Positions 24,522 to 36,225 of a stretch of 64,000 bases of DNA are shown one piece after another. Position 1 is the first letter of the stretch. The number at the start of each line of letters is the position of its first letter. The position numbers were made by a program, and so were the translations under genes. The DNA comes from Escherichia coli. Lineage in GTDB: Bacteria > Pseudomonadota > Gammaproteobacteria > Enterobacterales > Enterobacteriaceae. The stretch lies in assembly GCF_050320075.1 (NCBI RefSeq), contig NZ_CP190018.1; one strand, 5' to 3'. The notes under the pieces were generated by a model. It was not told the origin of the DNA, did not search any database, and was given only the letters and a program-made list of their open reading frames with translations.

Positions 24522-25223
24522 CTAGACAGGCAAATCTATCAGCAAAGCGCGCAGTGGGGAATCGGCAACCAGCGTAATGTTAGCCTCGTCACGAATAAAC
24601 GCCCCATCACCGCAGGTCAGCGCCGCTTTCTCTTCATGATGCGTAAGTGCATGAAATTTCCCGTGAATCGATTGCAAATACGCGCGTGGCCCATGCAACT
24701 GGAAATTCGCACTTTCGCCTTTGTCGAGCACAATATGATGCAGCCACACTTGCTGGCGCAATTGCAGGCTTCCCATCGCACCCTCTGGCGAGGCGATTAA
24801 TTGCTGCTTGTCCATATTAAGCGCCAGCTTTTGAATCAGTGGATTCTCTCGCTGCGGGCAGGCATCCAGCCAAAGCTGCATTCGCGTTAACGGTTTGTCT
24901 TTGCTGAGATTGTGTTCGCTATAGCTGACACCCGGCTGGGTAGAGAGCAGCAACACCTCACCAGCGCTGGCCTGAACATGATTGCCTTCGCTGTCGCGAT
25001 ACTCTGCTTCTCCATCCAGAATCACATTTAAAATATCGACTTTGGGATAGGTTCGCGGCTGAAAGGCGGCACCTGGGGCCAGCACTTCCTGGTTAAGCAC
25101 GCGCAGGGAGGCATAGCCTAACAATTTCGGGTCGAAGTAGTGTCCAAAGGAAAAAGTATACCGGGCCTGCAACCATCCGTAGTCTGCTTGTCCACACTGC
25201 CTGGCAGTTCGGGTAGTAATCAT
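24522..25223 (-). CDS. yhaK: Pirin-like cupin protein
   Basis: 233-aa ORF; bicupin/pirin family. Confidence 0.88.
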   Translation of the reverse strand: MITTRTARQCGQADYGWLQARYTFSFGHYFDPKLLGYASLRVLNQEVLAPGAAFQPRTYPKVDILNVILDGEAEYRDSEGNHVQASAGEVLLLSTQPGVSYSEHNLSKDKPLTRMQLWLDACPQRENPLIQKLALNMDKQQLIASPEGAMGSLQLRQQVWLHHIVLDKGESANFQLHGPRAYLQSIHGKFHALTHHEEKAALTCGDGAFIRDEANITLVADSPLRALLIDLPV

Positions 25224-25327
25224 AATTCTTGACCTCTCTTTACTTCCTTTTATGGTAAGGGGCTGGACGCTACATTGTTAGCCAGATATTCTGCCCGGTA
25301 TGTTCAAATTTCCTGAATGAGAACGAA

Positions 25328-26224
25328 ATGGCCAAAGAAAGGGCATTAACGCTGGAAGCACTACGGGTTATGGATGCGATCGATCGCCGGGGCAGTTTTG
25401 CGGCGGCGGCGGATGAGCTGGGACGCGTGCCTTCCGCACTTAGCTACACCATGCAAAAACTGGAAGAAGAGCTGGATGTGGTGCTGTTTGACCGCTCGGG
25501 CCATCGCACCAAATTCACCAATGTCGGGAGGATGTTGCTGGAGCGAGGGCGCGTTTTGCTGGAAGCCGCAGATAAACTGACTACCGATGCGGAAGCTCTC
25601 GCGCGCGGTTGGGAAACGCATCTCACCATTGTGACCGAAGCGCTGGTACCGACACCTGCCTTTTTCCCGTTAATTGACAAACTGGCGGCAAAAGCGAATA
25701 CCCAACTGGCAATCATCACCGAAGTGCTGGCGGGGGCATGGGAACGGCTGGAGCAGGGGCGGGCGGATATCGTTATCGCGCCGGATATGCATTTTCGTTC
25801 CTCGTCGGAGATCAACTCGCGCAAACTCTATACCTTAATGAACGTCTATGTTGCCGCGCCTGATCACCCGATTCATCAGGAGCCAGAACCGTTATCTGAA
25901 GTGACGCGCGTGAAATATCGTGGAATTGCGGTAGCGGATACCGCTCGTGAGCGCCCGGTGTTGACCGTACAGCTGCTGGACAAACAGCCGCGCTTAACGG
26001 TGAGCACGATTGAAGATAAACGTCAGGCGTTACTGGCGGGGCTTGGCGTGGCGACGATGCCGTATCCGATGGTCGAAAAAGATATTGCGGAAGGGCGGTT
26101 GCGTGTCGTCAGCCCAGAATCGACCAGCGAGATCGATATTATTATGGCCTGGCGTCGTGACAGTATGGGGGAAGCGAAATCCTGGTGTTTGCGGGAAATT
26201 CCCAAACTTTTTAGCGGAAAATAA
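25328..26224 (+). CDS. yhaJ: LysR-family transcriptional regulator
   Basis: 298-aa ORF with N-terminal HTH, divergent from yhaK. Confidence 0.88.
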   Translation: MAKERALTLEALRVMDAIDRRGSFAAAADELGRVPSALSYTMQKLEEELDVVLFDRSGHRTKFTNVGRMLLERGRVLLEAADKLTTDAEALARGWETHLTIVTEALVPTPAFFPLIDKLAAKANTQLAIITEVLAGAWERLEQGRADIVIAPDMHFRSSSEINSRKLYTLMNVYVAAPDHPIHQEPEPLSEVTRVKYRGIAVADTARERPVLTVQLLDKQPRLTVSTIEDKRQALLAGLGVATMPYPMVEKDIAEGRLRVVSPESTSEIDIIMAWRRDSMGEAKSWCLREIPKLFSGK

Positions 26225-26274
26225 TATTTGTTATTGTTAATAAAAAGGGGCGAAATATCGCCCCAATTCTAAGA

Positions 26275-26631
26275 TTAATTTGAACCAAACTTCGGATCGT
26301 TTCCGTAACGATTGCTGCCAGAATTGCCTTCTAAACAGGCAAATACAAACAGAACTAACCAGCCAATGACCGGTACCAGATAGAGAAGCGCCCACGCACC
26401 TGAACGGTCAGTATCGTGCAGACGACGAACGCACAGAGCAATGACCGGAATGATTGTTGCTGCCAGGTAAATGAGAGAAAGGAATGGAAACTCTAAACCT
26501 AAAATCAATTGAATGACATTGATAATAGCGCCGACGATGGCGTTAATCAGAGTAAACATCCAGTACTCTTTACGACGTGCGCGACCAGAGAAACCAACAT
26601 AATTTTTTAATACGGCTAAATACCACTGCAT
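26275..26631 (-). CDS. yhaI: DUF805 inner-membrane protein
   Basis: 118-aa ORF, paralogous to adjacent yhaH (shared MQWYL/MDWYL...VLKNYVGF...RRKEYWMF motifs). Confidence 0.85.
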   Translation of the reverse strand: MQWYLAVLKNYVGFSGRARRKEYWMFTLINAIVGAIINVIQLILGLEFPFLSLIYLAATIIPVIALCVRRLHDTDRSGAWALLYLVPVIGWLVLFVFACLEGNSGSNRYGNDPKFGSN

Positions 26632-26872
26632 AAAAACATCCCTTTAATTAAAAGTGACGAAAGTCTATTCCGGGTATTGTGTAAATGCTATTCGTATCTT
26701 TCTTTTTCGGATGTTATAAAGGTTTTGATATTTAAGATAAATACATGGTTATTTTTTATATGTAATTTATATAACGACATTGAAATATTTTAAATAAACA
26801 TTAGTAAATTATTCATTCATCAACATGATGATAAAAGCCGGATGAGTCAGACATCCGGCGAGTAGATTTGTT

Positions 26873-27238
26873 TTAAGGTTCCAGTTTTGGATCAGGTCCA
26901 AAGCGGTTTTCGCCTGGCGTACCCGCCTGGCAGTTAAAGACGATGATAATAAGCCAGCCGATAAACGGGATTAAGAATAGCAGTGCCCACCACGCCGAGC
27001 GGTCGGTGTCGTGCAGGCGGCGGAACTGAACTGCCCACCATGGTAAAAACACCAGAATACCGTAGATTGTCGTCAGGATGCCTTCGCCACCGGCACGTTG
27101 CCAGCCTAACATTTTATCCAGTAGCCCCAGCACGAACGTAAAGATGATGTTGACCAGAATAAACATCCAGTACTCTTTGCGCCGCGCACGACCCCGGAAA
27201 CCGACATAATTTTTTAGTACTTTCAGATACCAGTCCAT
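26873..27238 (-). CDS. yhaH: DUF805 inner-membrane protein
   Basis: 121 aa from ATG 27238 (MDWYLKVLKNYVGFRGRARRKEYWMF...). Confidence 0.85.
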   Translation of the reverse strand: MDWYLKVLKNYVGFRGRARRKEYWMFILVNIIFTFVLGLLDKMLGWQRAGGEGILTTIYGILVFLPWWAVQFRRLHDTDRSAWWALLFLIPFIGWLIIIVFNCQAGTPGENRFGPDPKLEP

Positions 27239-27378
27239 TTTTGCCTCAATTTTGCTCAATCACTTGTTTTTAAAGCAGCAAATTAAGAATAGACGTGAAT
27301 GAAATGGCAGTAAATATTCGTTCAAGGAATTAATAAAGTGCCGTGAAGGCGCGCTAAGACTGATGACAAGCGCAAAAT

Positions 27379-27475
27379 CGCCAGATGCGCTACGCTTATC
27401 TGGCCTACGCGGCATTGTAACATATTGAATATAAACGTTTTGTAGGTTGGAGAAGACGTTCACGCCGCATCCGAC
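27379..27475. repeat. REP cluster (BIME-like)
   Basis: CGCCAGATGCGCTACGCTTATCTGGCCTAC plus GACGTTCACGCCGCATCCGAC. Confidence 0.75.
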
Positions 27476-27504
27476 ATAAATAACACGCACTTAGCTAATA
27501 ATCA

Positions 27505-27531
27505 GAGGCACCCCGTAAGGTGCCTTTTTTT
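27505..27531 (-). terminator. Hairpin at the yqjG 3' end, possible bidirectional terminator
   Basis: GGCACC-CCGTAA-GGTGCC with a T-run on the plus strand and an A-run then U-rich tail on the minus strand. Confidence 0.45.
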
Positions 27532-28516
27532 AACCGAAGCGAACATCTCGTCCATGCGGTTCATCGAGATCCTGCCACGGACCAATTGAAATAATCCCCG
27601 TAGGGTTGATGGTCTTATGACTGCGGAAGTAATGATTACGGATGTGATCGAAATTGACGGTTTCGGCAATCCCCGGCATCTGGTAGATATCTCGCAGGAA
27701 ACCATACAGGTTCAGGTAATCGCTGATGCGGTGCTTATCACACTTGAAGTGGGTGACATACACCGGATCAAAACGCACCAGCGTGGTCCACAGGCGAATA
27801 TCGGCTTCGGTTAGCTGGTTGCCGGTCAGGTAACGATGCTGGCCTAAAATCTGCTCCAGTCGCGCCAGCGATTCAAACACTTTCACTACCGCCTCGTCGT
27901 AGGCTTGCTGGCTGGTGGCAAAACCGGCTTTATACACGCCATTGTTAACGGTGTCATAAATCCAGCCGTTAAGTTCGTCAATTTTCGTTTGCAGGGCTGA
28001 TGGGTAGTAATCACCCGCTTTCGCGCCCAGCGCATCAAACGCGGTATTGAACATGCGGATGATTTCTGCTGATTCGTTGCTGACGATGGTGTGGTTCTTT
28101 TTGTCCCACAGCACGGGAACAGTAACTCGTCCGCTGTAGTGTGGATCGGCGTGGAGATAAAGCTGATACAGAAATTCATGTTGATAGAGCGTATCTCCGG
28201 TTGCACCCGGAAAACTGTCATCAAATGTCCAGCCGTTTTCCAGCATCAGCGGGTTCACTACGGAAACGGAAATAAACGGTTCCAGTCCTTTGAGTTTACG
28301 CATGATCAGCGTGCGGTGCGCCCACGGGCAGGCGAGTGAAACATAGAGATGATAACGATCTTTCTCTGCGATAAAACCGCCTGTGCCAGTGGGGCCTGGC
28401 GCGCCATCGGCAGTGAGCCAGTTACGAAATGCGGAAGCTGAACGTTGAAATTTACCGCCGGTAGATTTGGTATCGTACCAGGTGTCATGCCAGACGCCGT
28501 CAATCAGTTGACCCAT
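27530..28516 (-). CDS. yqjG: Glutathionyl-hydroquinone reductase (Xi-class GST)
   Basis: 328 aa from ATG 28516 (MGQLIDGVWHDTWYDTKSTGGKFQRSASAFRNW...), GGAGG RBS. Confidence 0.9.
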   Translation of the reverse strand: MGQLIDGVWHDTWYDTKSTGGKFQRSASAFRNWLTADGAPGPTGTGGFIAEKDRYHLYVSLACPWAHRTLIMRKLKGLEPFISVSVVNPLMLENGWTFDDSFPGATGDTLYQHEFLYQLYLHADPHYSGRVTVPVLWDKKNHTIVSNESAEIIRMFNTAFDALGAKAGDYYPSALQTKIDELNGWIYDTVNNGVYKAGFATSQQAYDEAVVKVFESLARLEQILGQHRYLTGNQLTEADIRLWTTLVRFDPVYVTHFKCDKHRISDYLNLYGFLRDIYQMPGIAETVNFDHIRNHYFRSHKTINPTGIISIGPWQDLDEPHGRDVRFG

Positions 28517-28535
28517 ATTTCTCTCCTCCAATAGC

Positions 28536-28565
28536 AAAAACGAGGAGCTTCCTCCTCGTTTTTTA
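28536..28565 (-). terminator. Rho-independent terminator after yqjF
   Basis: AAAAACGAGGAGCTTCCTCCTCGTTTTTT, symmetric hairpin with flanking A and T runs. Confidence 0.7.
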
Positions 28566-28585
28566 TCGTTAAGTATAGCTCGTGC

Positions 28586-28978
28586 TTACCACTTTTTATT
28601 CAGCAGGCGGTCGATGCTATACGCGCCCGGACCGGTAATTGCCAGCAGCAGGAATCCGCCAGAAATTGTCAGGTTTTTCATGAACATCAGCGAGTTGACG
28701 CCTTCAGCAAAGTTGCTGTGAAATAAAAATGCCGTCAGCAGCGTAAAGCCCGCAGTAAACAGGGCTGTGGTGCGAGTCAGGAAACCGAACAGGATTGCTA
28801 GACCACCACCAAACTCAAGCAGAATCACCAGCGGCAGCATAAAGCCTGGGACACCCATCGCTTCCATATATTGTTGGGTACCCGCGTAGCCAGTAATTTT
28901 TCCCCAGCCTGCGGTAATAAACAGAATCGGCATTAAAATGCGCGCTACCAGTACACCAACATCTTCTAATTTTTTCAT
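28586..28978 (-). CDS. yqjF: DoxX-family inner-membrane protein
   Basis: 130 aa from ATG 28978 (MKKLEDVGVLVARILMPILFITAGWGK...). Confidence 0.85.
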   Translation of the reverse strand: MKKLEDVGVLVARILMPILFITAGWGKITGYAGTQQYMEAMGVPGFMLPLVILLEFGGGLAILFGFLTRTTALFTAGFTLLTAFLFHSNFAEGVNSLMFMKNLTISGGFLLLAITGPGAYSIDRLLNKKW

Positions 28979-29163
28979 CATACTCTCCACTGCGCCACTC
29001 AGGCTGCTGATTGTTTTTTTGTGCAAGGGCGCGGTATTAGCGTCGTTGCTGTCGATGGAGAGAATCATAAACGTGGTGAATGATGAATGTTAGCAAGGAA
29101 AACTGTCAAAAATCTTCAAAAAATTTGAGGGATAAGGCCGGAATGGCTCCGGCCAGAGGGAAG

Positions 29164-29463
29164 TTAACCGCGAAGTTGTTGCTGCTTGAGGGTCGTTTTC
29201 ACCAGACGCCAGGCGCTCCATACGCCAAAACCGCGTCTGGCCCAGCGGACCAGCATATTAGGATGGCGAATCGTCCAGATCGCCATCACGCTACTGCCTA
29301 CCAGCGCCCAGGAGCGCAGACTTAGCAGCATATTCCAGCGACGATCGTAAGCGCCTGTTGCCTCCAGCCATTCACGACGACTGGCGGAAAGATCCAGCCG
29401 TTGTTGCTGGATCTGGCTCAGCAGTTGCGCCTTACGTCGTTCACGTTCGACTTTACTGCTCAC
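29164..29463 (-). CDS. yqjK: Uncharacterised protein YqjK
   Basis: 99 aa from GTG at 29461-29463 preceded by AGGAG; overlaps the yqjE 3' end by 11 bp. Confidence 0.75.
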   Translation of the reverse strand: MSSKVERERRKAQLLSQIQQQRLDLSASRREWLEATGAYDRRWNMLLSLRSWALVGSSVMAIWTIRHPNMLVRWARRGFGVWSAWRLVKTTLKQQQLRG

Positions 29464-29857
29464 GGGACTCCTCCTCGAGCAGCTGCCGATCGTTTGCCAG
29501 CTCATGGCGTGTATGGCGCAGCAGGGTGGATTTACGCGATTTACGTAACGTCCAGATACCGCCAATCAGTGCCAGTAGCAGCAACACCACGGTGGTGGCA
29601 ATCATCGCATTCAGGCGATATTGCGGATCAACCGCCCAAATAATCAGCACCATCAGGCTCATAAGACCAAATGCAGCGAAAAGCATCGTCAGGCCCAGCA
29701 TCAGTAAAAGTTGAAAGAGATTCGCTTTTTCCTCTTCCAGCTCCACCACCGCCAGCCGCAGACGTGTTTCCACCATTTCAACCATGATGGAAACAATTCG
29801 CTGCCCGATGCCCAGAACGCTTTTACCGGGCCCTTGCGCGTGATGAGTGTCCGCCAT
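29453..29857 (-). CDS. yqjE: Inner-membrane protein YqjE (DUF1469)
   Basis: 134 aa from ATG 29857 (MADTHHAQGPGKSVLGIGQRIVSIMVEMVE...). Confidence 0.85.
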   Translation of the reverse strand: MADTHHAQGPGKSVLGIGQRIVSIMVEMVETRLRLAVVELEEEKANLFQLLLMLGLTMLFAAFGLMSLMVLIIWAVDPQYRLNAMIATTVVLLLLALIGGIWTLRKSRKSTLLRHTRHELANDRQLLEEESREQ

Positions 29858-29859
29858 AA

Positions 29860-30165
29860 TTAACGACGCGACAGCAGAACGCCGAGCACTACACCGATTG
29901 CAGCGCCAATGCCCACGCCCGTCCACGGGTTTTCACGCACATACTCATCGGCACGCGCCGCCGCGACACGGGTTTGTTTGGCGATGGCATCACCGGTTTC
30001 ACCCAGGCGATAACGGCTCTGTTTCAGTGCCTGCTCCGCTTTGCTACGAATCTTACTCAACTCTTCTTTCGACTTCTCGCCAGATGAGCTAAGTACCTCT
30101 TCCAGCGTATCGGAAAGGGATTTCAACTCAGCACGCAGATGTTCCGTAGTGTGTTCTTTCGACAT
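29860..30165 (-). CDS. yqjD: Ribosome-associated membrane protein (ElaB/YgaM/YqjD family)
   Basis: 101-aa ORF with C-terminal TM anchor. Confidence 0.88.
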   Translation of the reverse strand: MSKEHTTEHLRAELKSLSDTLEEVLSSSGEKSKEELSKIRSKAEQALKQSRYRLGETGDAIAKQTRVAAARADEYVRENPWTGVGIGAAIGVVLGVLLSRR

Positions 30166-30202
30166 AGTTTTCTCCAGGTGAGTAAGTAGTGACTATTGTG
30201 AG

Positions 30203-30571
30203 TTAGTAGTCGCGCGCTTCCAGCTTTTTCAGCTCTTCCTGCGCTTCTGCCAGTTTCCGTTCGCGTTTGGCAATCTTATCGGCATCGCCTTTTTGCTTCG
30301 CCTCGGTTAAATCTTGCTGGCGTTCCGCCACCTCATCTTTCTGCTTTGCGATTTTCTTCTGATGATCGGCACGCAGCTGGCTATCTGAACAGTTGGCCCG
30401 GACTTCACTCAGGGCTTTATTCAGACCGTCAATACGATTCTGGTTTTGGTGTTTTTCGGCATAGCTGATCTCCTTAAGGATATTTTGCTCCTTTTCCTGA
30501 CACAGGGTAGTGGCATAACTACCGGCACTAAGAGCAAAGAGAGAAACAGCTAAAGCGATGCGGTATTTCAT
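30203..30571 (-). CDS. yqjC: DUF1090 periplasmic protein
   Basis: 122 aa from ATG 30571 (MKYRIALAVSLFALSAGSYA... signal peptide). Confidence 0.85.
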   Translation of the reverse strand: MKYRIALAVSLFALSAGSYATTLCQEKEQNILKEISYAEKHQNQNRIDGLNKALSEVRANCSDSQLRADHQKKIAKQKDEVAERQQDLTEAKQKGDADKIAKRERKLAEAQEELKKLEARDY

Positions 30572-30717
30572 TCTTGAACCTTCCATTGTGATTCGGACCT
30601 ATTACAAAGGAACGATTGTCCAGACAACGAAGCGGTAGTGTTAACCACCGCCTCATTAATCATAGACAGTTACGGTGAAATCACCAAAGTCAGTGATATG
30701 TTTCGGATAACAGGAAG

Positions 30718-31101
30718 TTATCCGAAGCGATGAGAGTTATCCCGCAACCGGGTCAGCCACTGCATAGCCTGACTATTATTGTCCTGCTGCGCGATGATGT
30801 AGCCATGGGGCAATGTTCTGTCGAGGACCGCTTTTGCGGCGGCACTCTGGTCGCTGGAGTCAAAGGTAATTAACAGAGTGTCATTTTTGGGGGTGATACT
30901 TTTGAAAGGAATGCCGTGAGCGTCAAGGTGATGCCAGATTGAAAAACCGTCTGGCATCGTTGTCCCTTGATGAACGGCACGAATCGCCAGCGTAGACTCT
31001 TGCTGGCGAACCGCGGACCAGGCCAGCAACAGTGTGCCGACCAGAAGTAAAACAGCGCCGGACCAGGCTAGCTGGCGAAGCGACATGCGAGGTATTTGCA
31101 T
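30718..31101 (-). CDS. mzrA: Modulator of EnvZ/OmpR
   Basis: 127-aa [37 protein letters not shown]... Confidence 0.88.
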   Translation of the reverse strand: MQIPRMSLRQLAWSGAVLLLVGTLLLAWSAVRQQESTLAIRAVHQGTTMPDGFSIWHHLDAHGIPFKSITPKNDTLLITFDSSDQSAAAKAVLDRTLPHGYIIAQQDNNSQAMQWLTRLRDNSHRFG

Positions 31102-31104
31102 CCC

Positions 31105-31767
31105 TTACCCCCGATTTCCATATTTCTTTTTCCATAACACGACCAGAGAACCTGCCAGGCCAAACACCAGCAGCACCACCGGGAGCAGCATCAGGCATGA
31201 CATCAGCTGGTCCTCGTACTTTAAAAATACCGGCGTTTTGCCGAGCATGTAACCCAGAGTTGTCAGGATCAATACCCACAGCAGACCGCTCATCCAGTTG
31301 AAGAACTGAAAGCGCGCGTTATTCAGCCCTGATAATCCGGCAATCGTCGGCAGCAGTGTTCTGACAAATGCAATAAAGCGACCAATTAACAGCGCCGATA
31401 AACCGTGTTTATGAAAAAGATGGTGTGCGCGTTGATGATAATGCGCGGGTAAATGAGATAGCCAGTTTTGTACAGTGCGGGTATTGCCCAACCATCGCCC
31501 CTGAATATAGCTGACCCAGCAACCGAGGCTGGCGGCAACGGTCAGCAGCAGAATCGTTTGCGGATAGCCCATCGCGCCTTTCGCAATCAATACGCCGACC
31601 AACACCAGTAAACTGTCGCCCGGTAAAAAGGCCGCCGGAAGCAAGCCGTTTTCAAGGAACAAAATTACAAACAAGACAAAATACAACATGCCAATCATCG
31701 ACGGATTGGCCAGGGTTTCAAAATCCTGCGCCCACAGGGCTTGCAGCAATTGGGTCAAAAGTTCCAT
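31105..31767 (-). CDS. yqjA: DedA-family inner-membrane protein
   Basis: 220-aa polytopic ORF. Confidence 0.88.
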   Translation of the reverse strand: MELLTQLLQALWAQDFETLANPSMIGMLYFVLFVILFLENGLLPAAFLPGDSLLVLVGVLIAKGAMGYPQTILLLTVAASLGCWVSYIQGRWLGNTRTVQNWLSHLPAHYHQRAHHLFHKHGLSALLIGRFIAFVRTLLPTIAGLSGLNNARFQFFNWMSGLLWVLILTTLGYMLGKTPVFLKYEDQLMSCLMLLPVVLLVFGLAGSLVVLWKKKYGNRG

Positions 31768-32111
31768 TCATTATTCCTGGTGAATCGGTTAACGCCACGC
31801 TGGTTTTAAAAGATGCACTACCGCAATGTTATTGCTGTTTTGGTATGTTTTGCGGGTTTGATACATCAACACAGCCTGAACTATTCCCTGTTAAATCGTG
31901 AGATAAGAAAGCATTCAAAAGCATAAATTCAAATTGAATCTAATTGTAACAAAGGTCAACGTTGTTCGTTATCAAAATTACATGTCCGTAGAGTCTGATT
32001 TTGCTGATTGCAGGGGAGGGTGGCGAGAGGATTTACACAGGCTGACACTTTATACTTTTCGCTTACCGACGAAGCAAACAGGCGCATTGCAGCGCCTGTC
32101 GGATGGAAATT

Positions 32112-32888
32112 TCATTTGCTGCCGCTGGTGGCCGTATCGAGATGCACTACCGGGTTTTCTGCGAACAGATAGCGGTCGGCATTGAACTCGAAATCGTCGC
32201 TGGTTTCGTTAAATAACATGATTTTGGTGTTTTCCAGATGCTGCCACATTGCCAGCTTAGCAGCATGAGGATCTTTGCGAATTAACGCCTTGAGGATTTG
32301 ATCGTGGTCATCACACCAGTTATCGACGGTACGGGCATCAATGTGTTCGTGCAGTTTTTTCCAGTACGGGTTATGACTACGCTGGGTCCACATTTTTTCC
32401 ACGATAGCCGCCAGGGCGGAGTTCTGCGTCGCCAGGGCTACCTGAATGTGGAACTGCAAATCCCACTCGGAATCACGGAAGCATTGTTCGCCGCGCGCCT
32501 GCTCCTGGATGGCCATCAGTTTCATGATGTCCTGTTTCGTTACCTGAGTTGCCGCGAATTCGGCAATATTACTTTCGATGAGCTGGCGAGCCTGAAGCAA
32601 CTCAAACGGACCGTAATTGGCGAATTCCATATTATTGTCAGCCGCCTGCTGATGGCGCGGCTGGTTGGAAACCACATGAATACCTGAACCTTTACGCACT
32701 TCGACATAGCCTTCAACTTCCAGCATGATGATGGCTTCACGAACCACGGTGCGGCTGACGTTTTTTTCATCGGCAATAAATCGTTCGGCAGGCAGTTTAT
32801 CACCCACCAGATAGACGCCCTGTTCGATGCGCTCTTTCAGATCAGCGGCAAGTTGTTGATACAAACGGCGTGGTTCAGTGATTTCCAT
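32112..32888 (-). CDS. exuR: Hexuronate regulon repressor (GntR family)
   Basis: 258 aa from ATG 32888 ([36 protein letters not shown]...). Confidence 0.9.
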   Translation of the reverse strand: MEITEPRRLYQQLAADLKERIEQGVYLVGDKLPAERFIADEKNVSRTVVREAIIMLEVEGYVEVRKGSGIHVVSNQPRHQQAADNNMEFANYGPFELLQARQLIESNIAEFAATQVTKQDIMKLMAIQEQARGEQCFRDSEWDLQFHIQVALATQNSALAAIVEKMWTQRSHNPYWKKLHEHIDARTVDNWCDDHDQILKALIRKDPHAAKLAMWQHLENTKIMLFNETSDDFEFNADRYLFAENPVVHLDTATSGSK

Positions 32889-32963
32889 ATGCGCTCCAGG
32901 CATGATACGGCAGACTATATTTGTTATACCACTTTTGCGAGTTTAGCTCTACTCACAGTGATG

Positions 32964-32990
32964 AAAAAGCCGCCTGAGAAGGCGGCTTTG
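32964..32990 (-). terminator. Rho-independent terminator after exuT
   Basis: Minus strand AAAGCCGCCTTCTCAGGCGGCTTTTTCAT. Confidence 0.75.
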
Positions 32991-33017
32991 AAGGGAAACT
33001 AAAACTTACACGAAGCC

Positions 33018-34316
33018 TTAATGTTGCGGTGCAGGATCGTTATGTGTTTCCTGCGCCACCTCAATCGCCGGTTTGTTCTGCAACACCGTCCAGATAACCA
33101 GTGCACCCAGCAGGTCGAATACTGCCAGAACTGCGAACAGCGGGCTGAAGCCGATGGTGTCAGCCAGTGCACCGACAACCAGCGCAAACAGCGTACTTGC
33201 CAGCCATGCGGACATCCCGGTTAAACCGTTTGCCGTTGCCACTTCGTTACGACCAAACACGTCAGAAGAGAGCGTAATCAGCGCGCCAGACAGTGCCTGG
33301 TGAGCAAAACCACCGATACACAGCAGCATAATCGCGACATACGGGTTGGTGAACAGACCGATCATACCCGGGCCAATCATCAGCACAGCACCCAGCGTTA
33401 CGACCATCTTACGGGAAACGATCAGGTTCACACCAAACCAACGCTGGAACAGCGGCGGCAGGTAACCACCGAGGATACAACCGAGGTCAGCAAACAGCAT
33501 CGGCATCCAGGCAAACATCGCGATCTCTTTCAGGTTAAAGCCGTAAACTTTAAACATGAACAGCGGGATCCACGCGTTAAAAGTACCCCATGCCGGTTCT
33601 GCCAGGAAGCGCGGCAGCGCGATACCCCAGAACTGACGGTTACGCAGGATCTGACCAACGGACATTTTCTTCGCTGTGTCAACCTGGTGCTGGGCTTCCT
33701 GACCATTAATAATGTAGTCGCGTTCTTCATCGGTCAGATGCTTCTGGTCGCGCGGATGTTTATAGAAAATCAGCCATGCCATTGCCCAGATAAAGCTCAA
33801 CGCACCGGAGATGATAAATGCCATCTGCCAGCTGTGCATTACGATTGCCCATACCACCAGCGGCGGTGCAATCATCGCACCAATAGAAGAACCTACGTTA
33901 AAGTAACCTACCGCGATGGAACGCTCTTTCGCCGGGAACCATTCGGAGCTGGCTTTCAGACCCGCCGGGATCATCGCTGCTTCCGCGGCACCGACCGCAC
34001 CACGAGCAACAGCCAGGCCGCCCCAGCTACCTGCCAGCGCGGTTGCACCACAGAACACGGCCCACAGCACAGCAAACATTGCATAACCGATTTTCGTACC
34101 CAGCACATCCAGTACATAACCTGCTACCGGTTGCATGACCGTATAAGCAGCAGAATAGGCTGCGATGATATAGGAATACTGTTGGGTGGAGATGTTTAAC
34201 TCTTCCATCAGAGTTGGCGCAGCTGCCGCCACAGTGTTACGCGTCAGGTAACCAAGCACGGTGCCGAGCGTCACCAGTGCGATCATATACCAACGTAACC
34301 CTTTAATTTTACGCAT
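33018..34316 (-). CDS. exuT: Hexuronate (glucuronate/galacturonate) MFS transporter
   Basis: 432 aa from ATG 34316 (MRKIKGLRWYMIALVTLGTVLGY...); the ORF track's 472-aa form uses an upstream start. Confidence 0.9.
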   Translation of the reverse strand: MRKIKGLRWYMIALVTLGTVLGYLTRNTVAAAAPTLMEELNISTQQYSYIIAAYSAAYTVMQPVAGYVLDVLGTKIGYAMFAVLWAVFCGATALAGSWGGLAVARGAVGAAEAAMIPAGLKASSEWFPAKERSIAVGYFNVGSSIGAMIAPPLVVWAIVMHSWQMAFIISGALSFIWAMAWLIFYKHPRDQKHLTDEERDYIINGQEAQHQVDTAKKMSVGQILRNRQFWGIALPRFLAEPAWGTFNAWIPLFMFKVYGFNLKEIAMFAWMPMLFADLGCILGGYLPPLFQRWFGVNLIVSRKMVVTLGAVLMIGPGMIGLFTNPYVAIMLLCIGGFAHQALSGALITLSSDVFGRNEVATANGLTGMSAWLASTLFALVVGALADTIGFSPLFAVLAVFDLLGALVIWTVLQNKPAIEVAQETHNDPAPQH

Positions 34317-34696
34317 GTAAAACCTCATCGTTTTGTTATATCCGCAGGAAGCGCGGCCATCATCCCGCCAGAGGCTGAAGATGTTAGTTACGACCGGGTA
34401 ACCGAAAAAAAACCGGCACGCCCCGAACGTTGCCATGAAAGTTTCGTGCTAATTCGGCTTCCGTACCGGTTAACCCGATTCATCTAACAAATGAATGAAT
34501 CGGCAATTTGCATTCCGTCGACTTATGATTTGCGACGGCAGAAAGATAACTTGTCATACAACTTTAAAAGGTGAGAGCCATCACAAATGTGGGAATATTT
34601 GTAGGGACATTACCTGACGACAGCGAGGCCAGTACTGGCGCGGCCTGCAGCGAGATTTACCACTTTGAGAGTAATTTTTTTAACTACGTTTATTGA

Positions 34697-36211
<1,515 letters not shown>

Positions 36212-36225
36212 GGTCTGGGGTTGAT

